37,648 nucleotides of DNA from an uncultured Candidatus Saccharibacteria bacterium (GTDB lineage: Bacteria; Patescibacteriota; Saccharimonadia; Saccharimonadales; CAYVSP01): positions 1-37,648 of the forward strand of contig CAYVSP010000005.1 in assembly GCA_964453655.1 (NCBI GenBank), read 5' to 3'. Under the pieces are notes generated by a model. That model had not been told where the DNA came from. It saw nothing but the letters and a program-made list of their open reading frames with translations, and did no database searches. The stretch's first letter is position 1, and the number at the start of each line of letters is the position of its first letter. A program made the position numbers and the translations under genes. Shown piece by piece: positions 1 to 8,492 of this stretch.

Positions 1-413
1 GCTGCTAAGTTATCTTCTAGCTTAAGAGCTTGCTCAAACGCCGTCGCGGCCTTTTCATAGTTCTCTGTCTCATAATAAATAAGCCCCAAATTGTGCAAAC
101 TTGAAGCCGTAGGTTCTATAGATGAAGCTATCTCAAAACAATCGATAGCATCCTTATATTCTTTTTGTTTAGCATAGAGAATGCCGAGCCGGTTATAGGC
201 AGCGGCGTTCTTTTGATCAATCTTAAGAATGGTTAGCAATGCTTTTTCGGCCCGTAGGAAGCGGTTCTCACGCATACCTTGATGCGCAATGTCCCAAAGC
301 TTGCCAAGCTTATCACTAATCTTGCGAGGCAGAGGAGATAACTCTTCGCTTCTAAATTTAGCGCCCCAGAATGTCAGAAAGCCGAAAAAACCAACGAGTG
401 CAAGTTCGAGCAT
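1..413 (-). CDS. Tetratricopeptide-repeat protein with N-terminal hydrophobic anchor (runs off window start)
   Basis: Manual translation from ATG 413: MLELALVGFFGFLTFWG...NAAAYNRLGILYAKQKEYKDAIDCFEIA...SLHNLGLIYYETENYEKAATAFEQALKL; typical TPR pattern; not in ORF track because truncated. Confidence 0.85.
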   Translation of the reverse strand, partial: MLELALVGFFGFLTFWGAKFRSEELSPLPRKISDKLGKLWDIAHQGMRENRFLRAEKALLTILKIDQKNAAAYNRLGILYAKQKEYKDAIDCFEIASSIEPTASSLHNLGLIYYETENYEKAATAFEQALKLEDNLA

Positions 414-431
414 AGGCCATATTGTACCAGC

Positions 432-1301
432 TTAGTGCAACTGCAAGAAGAGATGGGTTAAAAGCAACTTGGTATTGGCATTTAGTTGTAGTTGGCTTGC
501 GGCGTCATAAGCTGCTTGATAACGGACTTGCCAGCGCACTAAGCCAGTTTGATCCTTCTTTTGGGCGCTTACTAGAAGCCCAGCTTTGCATATCCGTTTT
601 AGGACATCGAACCTGTCGATTAAAGTTTCCTTGCTGGCTGACCAATTATCGACTTGCTGCAAGCGTTCAAACAGATTAAGTTGCAAAAGTTTTTTAGCAG
701 CTTCAACAGCTTCTATAACAGGATGTTCACTATCACTTTTAAGCAAAGTAATTGCTAGACCAAGCCTATTACCGCTATAAAGCAGGGCTTTTTGAATATC
801 TGCTGCCGCATATCCTTTCTTAATTAAGTAAGCCGTCATATCTTTTTCCTGCAACATCTTAATATCGATATGCTGAGTCCGGGAGTAAATGGTGGGCAGT
901 ACGCTTTGTCGCGAGCGAGCGGTCAGTATAAAAACTGTATCAGATGGCGGTTCTTCTAATATTTTTAAGAGCGCATTTTGCGCTTCTGTAGACATAAAGT
1001 GTGCTTCTTCAATGAACACAATACGACGAATCTTTTTGTCACCGATTGTCTTAAGTTGAAGCTTTCGCTGAAGATTGCGTATATCATCAATCGCAATTGT
1101 GCGGTTGTCGGGTTTGATGAATAACAATGACGTAGTGCCTTCCTCGTCTTTAGATAAATTCAAGAGCTCGCGGGCTAGGCTGTCGGCAATTGTTTTTTTG
1201 CCCACACCGTCTGCTGCAATCAACATAACCGCATGCCCGGGTGCAGATTTAAAGGCTAGCAGTTGGCTAGCGGTTTGCTGATGTAGCAATAGTTCGTCCA
1301 C
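432..1301 (-). CDS. holB: DNA polymerase III delta' subunit (clamp loader)
   Basis: Walker-A-like DGVGKKT, IAIDDIR, EAHFMSTEAQNALLKILEEPP, LPTIYSR; start moved to GTG 1301, just after the upstream stop. Confidence 0.85.
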   Translation of the reverse strand: MDELLLHQQTASQLLAFKSAPGHAVMLIAADGVGKKTIADSLARELLNLSKDEEGTTSLLFIKPDNRTIAIDDIRNLQRKLQLKTIGDKKIRRIVFIEEAHFMSTEAQNALLKILEEPPSDTVFILTARSRQSVLPTIYSRTQHIDIKMLQEKDMTAYLIKKGYAAADIQKALLYSGNRLGLAITLLKSDSEHPVIEAVEAAKKLLQLNLFERLQQVDNWSASKETLIDRFDVLKRICKAGLLVSAQKKDQTGLVRWQVRYQAAYDAASQLQLNANTKLLLTHLFLQLH

Positions 1302-1305
1302 GCAA

Positions 1306-2178
1306 CTATTCCAGCTTCTGTTTAAATTCCGATGGAAGGGGAGCTTCAAATGTATGCAGTAAATGATCAGGCAAGACTAAGGCGAGACTAAGCGCATGAA
1401 GATACAGCCTGCCAGATGGTTCACCGCCATAGAAGGCATCCCCTAGAATTGGATGCCCTAGCTGTTTTAAGTGAACTCTTAGCTGATGCGTGCGGCCGGT
1501 CAATGGTTGCAGTTCAAGCAAACTGAACTTAGAAGCAGCAGTTAAGACTTTGTATCTTGTTTGAGCCGACTTACCACCAACCGCCACACGAAAAGTGGCC
1601 GGCTTTTTGGGGTTGCGTTCAATCGGCATGTCAATAACTCCCTCTTTACTGGGTAATATACCTGAAACAATTGCTATATAGGTCTTTTGGACTTTGCGGT
1701 AGCTAAATTGGTTTTGCAGCCATTTCAAGGTTTCACTATTTTTGGCACAAACCATTACACCGCTGGTAGCTCGATCAAGCCGGTGGACAATACCGGCTCG
1801 CATTCCTTTTTGTTGAGTTTTTTGGCGCACAAAAGAGGCAACCGAAGGTTCGTCCCAGTATTTACTACGGCTATGGCTGATAATGCCGGCTGGCTTATTT
1901 ATGACTAACACATCTTTATCCTCATAAATAATTGGCAGCTCAATGGGTGCTATATTTTGCAAATCCTGCGCCTCAAAGTCGGTTTCAAGTTTATCGTCTA
2001 CTTTTACTTTACTACCAGCTTTAGCGCTCGCCCCATTCAATGTTATTCGTTCTTCGGCAATAAGCCGGTGAATATAACCACGGCTTAGCGAAGGAAAAAG
2101 CTCGCCAGCCACAACATCAAAGCGCTTGCCGACCTGTTCCGGCAAAATGCGCAAGGTCTTTGCCGGTTTAGTCTTCAT
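1306..2178 (-). CDS. RluA/RluD-family pseudouridine synthase with N-terminal S4 domain
   Basis: VINKPAG, GIVHRLDRATSG (catalytic Asp), TGRTHQLRVH, HPILGD; start moved to ATG 2178. Confidence 0.93.
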   Translation of the reverse strand: MKTKPAKTLRILPEQVGKRFDVVAGELFPSLSRGYIHRLIAEERITLNGASAKAGSKVKVDDKLETDFEAQDLQNIAPIELPIIYEDKDVLVINKPAGIISHSRSKYWDEPSVASFVRQKTQQKGMRAGIVHRLDRATSGVMVCAKNSETLKWLQNQFSYRKVQKTYIAIVSGILPSKEGVIDMPIERNPKKPATFRVAVGGKSAQTRYKVLTAASKFSLLELQPLTGRTHQLRVHLKQLGHPILGDAFYGGEPSGRLYLHALSLALVLPDHLLHTFEAPLPSEFKQKLE

Positions 2179-2317
2179 GCTGTTTCTTCTTTTTTGAACC
2201 AGAGAACGAGTCTTTAAAAAAGCGAATTCCCAAGGCAACTGCGCCGATGCCTAAGGCTAGTTCAAACAAACTATGGCCCAGATGCTCAAAACCTCCAAAT
2301 AAACCCTTCTCACTCAT
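2168..2317 (-). CDS. Small 49-aa putative membrane protein
   Basis: Manual translation MSEKGLFGGFEHLGHSLFELALGIGAVALGIRFFKDSFSGSKKKKQHED; ATGA overlap with trpS stop; fills the whole gap; hydrophobic helix followed by a basic tail. Confidence 0.65.
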   Translation of the reverse strand: MSEKGLFGGFEHLGHSLFELALGIGAVALGIRFFKDSFSGSKKKKQHED

Positions 2318-3336
2318 TGCTTTGATCGCAAACCAATAGCACGTTGCACACTAACAAGTTTTTGGTTGGCTTGCCGGTTCATTACCTCTTCGCTTGTCTC
2401 CAGTTTTTGCATGACCGTGTTCATATCCACCTGCTTTAGCTTGCTTTGAAATTCGTCTACAAAGTCCGCAAGCCTATCGCTTACCTTCTCTTTTAGGGGC
2501 CCGTACTTCGCCTGCCCCACAAAATCATTCGGATCACCGCCTAAAAGCTTTAAGATGTCTAGTAAGTTACTGATGCCGGGCTGATTTTGGTAATCATAGT
2601 TAATTTTGCCTAGCGAATCAGTCGTGGCGGCCATAACTTTTTGACGGGCTTCGTCAGGACTATCGTTCAGAAAGATGACGCCTTTGCCGCTTTCGTCACT
2701 CTTGCTCATCTTTTTGGCCGGGTCTAGCAGATCACGAACCCGCAACCCTTGATCCTTGCCAAAGAACCTATGTTGATCTGCTACAGGTTTAGGCACTGTA
2801 AAAAGAGCCCCGAACCGCTTGTTCATGCGCTGTGCCAAGTCACGGGTAAACTCTAAGTGCTGTGTCTGATCATCTCCGACGGGTACATAAGTTGCGTTGT
2901 ACAATAGTATATCTGCTGCCATGAGCACTGGGTAATTAAAAAGGCCTGCAGTCACTCGCTCTTTTGATAGTTTTGCTGCCTTATCCTTAAACTGTGTCAT
3001 GCGGCTAATCTCGCCGTAACCACTAAAGTTACTTAGTATCACCATCAGTTCACTGTGAGCTGGGACATGGCTCTCACGAAATAAGCAGACGTCAGGTATA
3101 TCAAGCGGGAGACCGGCGGCGGCGTATACACGGATGTTCTCAATGATTTGTTGGTATAGTGTGCTGTGGTTCACGGGCGTATTGAAGCTATGTAGATCGG
3201 CCATCATTAGATTGACCTGGTAGTCTCGTGAGTGTTTTTTTGCCATATCAATCAAAGGCAAGAGTGCACCAAAATAATTACCAAAGTGCAGGTCATTATT
3301 TGCCCTAAGGCCTGTTAAGATTACTGTTTTACTCAT
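2314..3336 (-). CDS. trpS: Tryptophanyl-tRNA synthetase
   Basis: HFGN (HIGH-type), YPVLMAADILLY, VPVGDDQTQHLE, KMSKS; SD GGAGG. Confidence 0.97.
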   Translation of the reverse strand: MSKTVILTGLRANNDLHFGNYFGALLPLIDMAKKHSRDYQVNLMMADLHSFNTPVNHSTLYQQIIENIRVYAAAGLPLDIPDVCLFRESHVPAHSELMVILSNFSGYGEISRMTQFKDKAAKLSKERVTAGLFNYPVLMAADILLYNATYVPVGDDQTQHLEFTRDLAQRMNKRFGALFTVPKPVADQHRFFGKDQGLRVRDLLDPAKKMSKSDESGKGVIFLNDSPDEARQKVMAATTDSLGKINYDYQNQPGISNLLDILKLLGGDPNDFVGQAKYGPLKEKVSDRLADFVDEFQSKLKQVDMNTVMQKLETSEEVMNRQANQKLVSVQRAIGLRSKQ

Positions 3337-3406
3337 ATTTCCTCCATTATATCTTAAATTTTCGTACGACGCCTCTTGCCTACTACACCTTAGCCTTTTC
3401 GCATTA

Positions 3407-3658
3407 TCAGTTTCTTCTATAGATTGTCATGCTTGATGTGCCTGGTACGAAAATATAGCCATTAGATAACATTTCAGCAATTTCCTGACTACTATAGGTG
3501 TCGTAATCTACTTGGCCCTGGAATCGACAATCACCTTCGGAAAGTGCTTCGTAGCCGTAGTGAAGCAAGTCTTCAATAGACAATACGTGACTATTACCAT
3601 CATTCATATATCCACAGCGGTAAAGTCCATCCGGACTTCCATCATTAAATTCACTCAT
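3407..3658 (-). CDS. Hypothetical acidic protein (83 aa)
   Basis: ATG 3658 preceded by AAGGAG; no recognisable family. Confidence 0.6.
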   Translation of the reverse strand: MSEFNDGSPDGLYRCGYMNDGNSHVLSIEDLLHYGYEALSEGDCRFQGQVDYDTYSSQEIAEMLSNGYIFVPGTSSMTIYRRN

Positions 3659-3675
3659 CTTGTTCTCCTTACAAT

Positions 3676-3698
3676 TAAAAAACTCCCTTGCGGGAGTC
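3676..3698 (-). terminator. Rho-independent terminator-like hairpin
   Basis: Minus strand ACTCCC-GCAA-GGGAGT followed by a T run. Confidence 0.7.
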
Positions 3699-3805
3699 AC
3701 TCTAAAACTTACTAAAATTCACAAATTCAAATAGACTCCCAAATATATTGAGAGTTCCACCAAGCTCCTTGTTGCACGAAACCGTTTAGTATAATGTCTA
3801 GCATC

Positions 3806-4114
3806 TTATTTCCCCTGTCCAGCTTTGGTTAACTGCTGATAGCGAACACACATTGGCTCATCAAGCTGCTTACATGTATAGCAATTGGGCTCATTATCAA
3901 TAATCATAAGACACGTTCCACCGACACGCTCAAGACGGCTGACGGCGCGACCTCTGGAAACGAATACATGCGCATTTTCATAGGTTTCGTTGACTGTGTC
4001 CAACCCTGCTACGTATCTTAGCTCATCAAGTGTTAATATTTCTCTTACCATAATTCTTTGCCTTCTTATTACATTAAAAAACCACCTGTTTAGGCGGTTG
4101 CTTTTCCCAGACAC
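3806..4114 (-). CDS. Hypothetical protein with C-terminal Cys cluster; start may be ATG 4051
   Basis: ORF track; C-x9-CxxC-x7-C; no recognisable family. Confidence 0.5.
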   Translation of the reverse strand: MSGKSNRLNRWFFNVIRRQRIMVREILTLDELRYVAGLDTVNETYENAHVFVSRGRAVSRLERVGGTCLMIIDNEPNCYTCKQLDEPMCVRYQQLTKAGQGK

Positions 4115-4197
4115 AAAGTAAATACTAGCTTACCGCCTCCAATGAGTCTGTAAACCAAAAATATAAATTACTTTGCATGTCTTGTGACATGACAAGT

Positions 4198-4226
4198 ATT
4201 ATACCACCACTATTAGTAGCTGTCTA
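4198..4226 (-). promoter_or_regulatory. Sigma70-type promoter immediately downstream of rpsI
   Basis: TAGACA-N17-TATAAT with TGn extension; the -35 overlaps the rpsI TAG stop. Confidence 0.6.
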
Positions 4227-4622
4227 GCGTTTAGTAAATTGTCGCTGTTTGCGGGCGCCGCGCAGGCCAAACTTCTTGCGTTCTTTTTCGCGAGGGTCAC
4301 GCCCAAGTAGGTCGGCCCGTTTTAGTGTACTTCTTAGATCTTCATTCATAAGGGCTAGAGCTTTTGCAATGCCCAGCTGTATAGCATCAACTTGACCACT
4401 GTGGCCGCCACCTGATACCACTGCGCTTACGTCATACTTATTATGCAGCTCAACTACCACTAACGGGCGCTCCAGCTCTCTAACTAGGCGCTTACTGGTG
4501 CCCAGGTACTCTTGGGCCGGTTTGCCATTTATAGTAATTTGGCCTTTGCCGCCCTGCAAACGAACGCGGGCTGTTGCGCTTTTGCGTCTTCCTAAAGCAT
4601 AAAAGTAACTGTCTTTAGCCAT
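4224..4622 (-). CDS. rpsI: 30S ribosomal protein uS9
   Basis: GRRKSATARV, GGGHSGQ, KERKKFGLRGARKQRQFTKR. Confidence 0.98.
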   Translation of the reverse strand: MAKDSYFYALGRRKSATARVRLQGGKGQITINGKPAQEYLGTSKRLVRELERPLVVVELHNKYDVSAVVSGGGHSGQVDAIQLGIAKALALMNEDLRSTLKRADLLGRDPREKERKKFGLRGARKQRQFTKR

Positions 4623-5063
4623 CTACTTATCTTCCCTTAAGCTAAGCGTCAGTGGCTTCTGGGCTGTGTGCTCATGCTCGTTGCCAGGATATACCTTAAG
4701 TCTTTTAAGTCGACCGGCGCGCAATTTATTAACAGGCAACATTCCACGAATGGCATGCTCAACGACTTTAGTAGCGTCTCGTTGCATCTGTTCTTCGAGC
4801 GTCCGCTCCTTTAGGCCACCAGGGAATTGGCTATGTCGATAGTAGGTCTTGGTTGTTGTCTTATTTCCGGTAACGACTAGTTTTTGGGCATTAACTACAA
4901 TCACAAAGTCGCCACAATCAATGTGTTGGGTAAATTGAGGCTTGCCTTTTCCTATCAATAATTGTGCTGCTTGGGTGGCAAGGCGGCCAAGTGGAATTTG
5001 GCCAGCATCAAGTACGTACCACAGTCGTGTCACATCGGTTGGTTTAGCGCTATAGGTTTTCAT
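4623..5063 (-). CDS. rplM: 50S ribosomal protein uL13
   Basis: WYVLDA, LGRLA, DCGDFVIVVNA, AIRGMLP. Confidence 0.98.
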   Translation of the reverse strand: MKTYSAKPTDVTRLWYVLDAGQIPLGRLATQAAQLLIGKGKPQFTQHIDCGDFVIVVNAQKLVVTGNKTTTKTYYRHSQFPGGLKERTLEEQMQRDATKVVEHAIRGMLPVNKLRAGRLKRLKVYPGNEHEHTAQKPLTLSLREDK

Positions 5064-5608
5064 TAGCGATCACCTCTGCGCCCGGTTCGTTTAGGAGCTT
5101 GGATGTTTTGGGCTGCTTTGCTTGCGGATGACTTTTGCTCTACAAGCGGCTTGTTGGAGCCTTCATCCCGACTGCCTAGGTCATGTTGTTGCTTTTTTGG
5201 TTGTTTTTGAGTATCTTTTGCGGCATCGGCTTCAGCCCCAGAAGCTTTGATATCATCAACAAAACTGACTTGTGCCATTTGCGCATTATCGCCGCGGCGT
5301 CTGCTTTTTGCTTCAATTTTTAAATGGCCGCTGTTTCGCTTGTTAAGTTTTGGTGCGATTTCATCCATTAACTTATGAGCACTTGCAACTGTTTGCAAAT
5401 CTTGCAATAACTGCCGGCGAGCAGCTAGATCGCCTCGTTTGGCTTTAGTAATGAGCTTTTCAACATAAGGGACTAGCTCTTTAGCCTTAGGCATTGTGGT
5501 TTGAATTGCCTCATGAATAATCAAAGCCTCAGCTAAACTCTTAAGTAGAGCCTGTCGCTGATCACGTTCCCGGTGAAGCTTTCTACCTTGATAGCCGTGT
5601 CGATGCAT
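5063..5608 (-). CDS. rplQ: 50S ribosomal protein bL17 with C-terminal extension
   Basis: MHRHGYQGRKLHR, IQTTMPKAKEL, RRGDNAQMA; follows rpoA. Confidence 0.97.
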   Translation of the reverse strand: MHRHGYQGRKLHRERDQRQALLKSLAEALIIHEAIQTTMPKAKELVPYVEKLITKAKRGDLAARRQLLQDLQTVASAHKLMDEIAPKLNKRNSGHLKIEAKSRRRGDNAQMAQVSFVDDIKASGAEADAAKDTQKQPKKQQHDLGSRDEGSNKPLVEQKSSASKAAQNIQAPKRTGRRGDR

Positions 5609-5611
5609 ATT

Positions 5612-6556
5612 CTATAGCTCCAGCTCTGCCATTTTCTCTTTTACTTCATCGAGCGCTTTGCTGCCAAAGCCTTTTAGGTCTCTAAGCTCGGCATCACTTA
5701 AGCTAAATAGATCTTTCAGCGTGTGAATATCGTTATTAACCAGGGCATTAGTAGTGCGAGCTGAAAGATTGAGGTCTTCTATTGACGTCATAAGCTCAGC
5801 CGGTTCCTCGTTTTCTTCACCTTCGTCGCCAGCTAGCTGATCGCTAAGAGCCGGGCCGGCTTCAACCCGTGTCTGGCCAGCTAGGGCTGTGTACTGATTG
5901 ACAAGAATGGCTGCAGCTTCTTCAAACGCGTCGCGCGGCGTGATAGAGCCGTCGGTATCAATCGTCAAAAGCAGCTTATCAAGGTCAGTCATCTGACCGA
6001 CGCGAGTATTTTCCACCTTATAACGCACGCGCATCACCGGGCTGAAAATAGCATCCACAGCGATCATATCGCTACTGGTCTTACGGTTAGCTCCTTCTTC
6101 AATAGTGCGGTAACCACGGCCGGTCTCAACTATCAAGTCGATGGAAAGAGTTGCTTTGCTGTCTTCAAGCGTTGCAATGACTTGATCGGGATTGACTATT
6201 TCAACGTCTGCCGTTGCCTGGATATCTTTAGCTGTGACGACACCTTTACCTTTTTTAATAAGGCGGACAGTTTGGGTATCATTTCCGAACACGCGAAAGC
6301 GAACACCTTTTAAATTAAGCATTATGTCAACGACGTCTTCTTTAACGTGTGGCAAAGTCGTAAACTCATGCGTTATTCCTTCTACCTTAAACGCCGTAAC
6401 CGCTGCTCCGGCTATGCTTGAGAGTAATACTCGCCGCAGGCTATTGCCAAGCGTCATCCCGTAGCCGCTATGTAACGGTTCGACAACAAATGTTGCGCTA
6501 TTGGCGCCATGATCATCGATTTTTACAAGTGCCGGGGTGTGTATTGTTTTAGACAT
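5612..6556 (-). CDS. rpoA: RNA polymerase alpha subunit
   Basis: EPLHSGYGMTLGNSLRRVLLSS, VDAIFSPV, CTD LSARTTNAL...GFGSKA. Confidence 0.99.
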   Translation of the reverse strand: MSKTIHTPALVKIDDHGANSATFVVEPLHSGYGMTLGNSLRRVLLSSIAGAAVTAFKVEGITHEFTTLPHVKEDVVDIMLNLKGVRFRVFGNDTQTVRLIKKGKGVVTAKDIQATADVEIVNPDQVIATLEDSKATLSIDLIVETGRGYRTIEEGANRKTSSDMIAVDAIFSPVMRVRYKVENTRVGQMTDLDKLLLTIDTDGSITPRDAFEEAAAILVNQYTALAGQTRVEAGPALSDQLAGDEGEENEEPAELMTSIEDLNLSARTTNALVNNDIHTLKDLFSLSDAELRDLKGFGSKALDEVKEKMAELEL

Positions 6557-6576
6557 TTTATCTCCTATAACCTTTC

Positions 6577-7200
6577 TTATCGTGAGTAATATTCAACGAT
6601 TAATTGTTCATTAATATCCGGTTCGGCTTCCTCCCTCGAAGGCAGACCAGATACAGTAACTTCCAATTTCTTGCGATTAACTTTCAGCCAAGCTGGAATT
6701 TGATCAGGGACTGCGGGGCTAGTATCGTCCAACTTCTTAAAATACTCGCTTTTTTGGCTTGCCAAGCGAGCCATAAAGACGTCGCCGACTTTTACACGCA
6801 TTGAAGGAATATCAACTCGCCGGCCATTTAGCGTAAAGTGCCCATGTGTAACTAGTTGTCGAGCGGCCCGTCTAGAAGGAGCAAAACCGGCCCGATAGAT
6901 AACGTTATCAGCTCGTCTCTCTAGAAACTCAAGCAAAACAGCCCCAGATTGACCCTTGCTCCGGCTAGACTCTTTCATAAGCTTAGAGAATTGCCGCTCA
7001 AGCAGTCCATAAAGACGCTTTACTTTCTGTTTCTCTCTCAGCTGCAGTGAGTATTGGCTAGCGCGCGAACGCCTACCAAAGCCACTAGCTTGCCCCCCGG
7101 GCGGTGTTGTACGCTTAACCAGTGCTTTGTGTGCCTTAGGATGCAGCGCGTAGCCTTCGCGGCGGCTCATTTTAACAATCGACTGTGTGTCACGTGCCAT
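6577..7200 (-). CDS. rpsD: 30S ribosomal protein uS4 (no zinc Cys motif)
   Basis: QLREKQKVKRLYG, ARQLVTHGH, INEQLIVEYYSR. Confidence 0.98.
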   Translation of the reverse strand: MARDTQSIVKMSRREGYALHPKAHKALVKRTTPPGGQASGFGRRSRASQYSLQLREKQKVKRLYGLLERQFSKLMKESSRSKGQSGAVLLEFLERRADNVIYRAGFAPSRRAARQLVTHGHFTLNGRRVDIPSMRVKVGDVFMARLASQKSEYFKKLDDTSPAVPDQIPAWLKVNRKKLEVTVSGLPSREEAEPDINEQLIVEYYSR

Positions 7201-7205
7201 AAGTG

Positions 7206-7640
7206 TTATACCCTTCGTGCCTTCCGTGGGCGAACACCGCCATGCGGGACCCCTGTAACATCTCTAACGGTATCAACTTGGAAATCCAGTGATTGTAAAG
7301 TACGAATGGCAGCCTCTCGGCCCAATCCAACGCCCTTTACATAGACCTCTATTTTATGCAGACCATAATTTTGCTTGGCAGCCTGGCCGGCGCGCTCGGC
7401 GGCAACTTGCGCGGCATAAGCAGTTCCTTTTTTGGACCCACGAAATCCGCAGGCACCGGCGCTAGAGGTCGTTAATACACCGCCGTTAGAGTCAGTAAAG
7501 CTCACAATTGTATTATTAAATGTCGACAAGATATGAACGCTACCAACTGAAACATTTCGCTTCGCCTTTTTCTTTTTAACAGAAGTGGGCTTAGCCGTCT
7601 TGGTCGTTTCCTCGGGGGGAGTTGCTATATCATCTGTCAT
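7206..7640 (-). CDS. rpsK: 30S ribosomal protein uS11
   Basis: STFNNTIV, GFRGSKKGTAYAAQ, PHGGVRP. Confidence 0.98.
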   Translation of the reverse strand: MTDDIATPPEETTKTAKPTSVKKKKAKRNVSVGSVHILSTFNNTIVSFTDSNGGVLTTSSAGACGFRGSKKGTAYAAQVAAERAGQAAKQNYGLHKIEVYVKGVGLGREAAIRTLQSLDFQVDTVRDVTGVPHGGVRPRKARRV

Positions 7641-7652
7641 CAGATTGCTTCC

Positions 7653-8039
7653 TTATGTCTTAGCCGGTACTTTTTTAGCAGTACCGCCAACCGTTATCTT
7701 CTTGCCTCGTCGTGTACGCGCATTAGTGCGAGTGCGTTGCCCGCGTGTGGGCAGGTTAGCTTTATGTCTTATCCCGCGGTAGCTATTGATATCCTTCAGA
7801 CGTTTAATGTTAGCCGTCACAATGCGCTGCAATTCACCTTCGACGACTAAATCAGCGTTAATAGCCTCCTGAAGACGGGTTATCTCTGCTTCCGTTAAAT
7901 TTTTAACGCGCACGGTCGGCTCGACTTTAGCTACTTTCAGTATGTTGGCGCTGGACTGAGGCCCGATACCATAAATATAGGTAAGAGCGACTTGAACTTG
8001 CTTGTCAGAAGGAATTGTAACACCGGAAATTCTGGCCAT
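7653..8039 (-). CDS. rpsM: 30S ribosomal protein uS13
   Basis: MARISGV, ALTYIYGIG, RGQRTRTNARTR. Confidence 0.99.
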   Translation of the reverse strand: MARISGVTIPSDKQVQVALTYIYGIGPQSSANILKVAKVEPTVRVKNLTEAEITRLQEAINADLVVEGELQRIVTANIKRLKDINSYRGIRHKANLPTRGQRTRTNARTRRGKKITVGGTAKKVPAKT

Positions 8040-8041
8040 AC

Positions 8042-8158
8042 TTACCCTTGTCTCTGCTTGTGCTTCGGCTTAAATTTATTAATTACATATAGCCGCCCTT
8101 TACGGCGGACTATCTTATCATCTGGACTAATTTTCTTAACACTCGCACGCACTTTCAT
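8042..8158 (-). CDS. rpmJ: 50S ribosomal protein bL36, Cys-free form
   Basis: Manual translation [38 protein letters not shown]; SD AGGAGG; between infA and rpsM. Confidence 0.97.
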   Translation of the reverse strand: MKVRASVKKISPDDKIVRRKGRLYVINKFKPKHKQRQG

Positions 8159-8202
8159 GCGGATCATCCTCCTACAGTACTATCGATGACACACTGCGTT
8201 AA

Positions 8203-8424
8203 TTATGATTTGCGGTAGGTTATTCGACCCTTCGTAAGATCGTAAGGTGTCAGTTCAACCGTCACGCTGTCACCAGGAACGATGCGGATATAATGCTTTC
8301 GCATCTTGCCGGCAACATGAGCTATAATTCTGTGTCCGTTTTCAAGCTCTACCCGAAACTGTGTTCCTGGTAGCGTTTCAATAATCGTACCAGTAAGCTG
8401 GATTACTTCTTTACTCGCGGCCAT
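8203..8424 (-). CDS. infA: Translation initiation factor IF-1
   Basis: [31 protein letters not shown]. Confidence 0.99.
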   Translation of the reverse strand: MAASKEVIQLTGTIIETLPGTQFRVELENGHRIIAHVAGKMRKHYIRIVPGDSVTVELTPYDLTKGRITYRKS

Positions 8425-8442
8425 AAATATAACTAAGGCGTA

Positions 8443-8472
8443 AGTATAGCAGTTTTCGCCCCCGTTTGTAAA
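8443..8472 (-). promoter_or_regulatory. Putative infA/alpha-operon promoter
   Basis: TTTACA-N18-TATACT with TGn extension in the secY-infA gap. Confidence 0.5.
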
Positions 8473-8492
8473 GTGTTTTTAAGCTGTTTATT

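Noticed and set aside
3753-3761. GGTGGAACT resembling a T-box bulge upstream of trpS
   Set aside because: Imperfect match, no recognisable stem I or specifier loop, and an intervening ORF separates it from trpS
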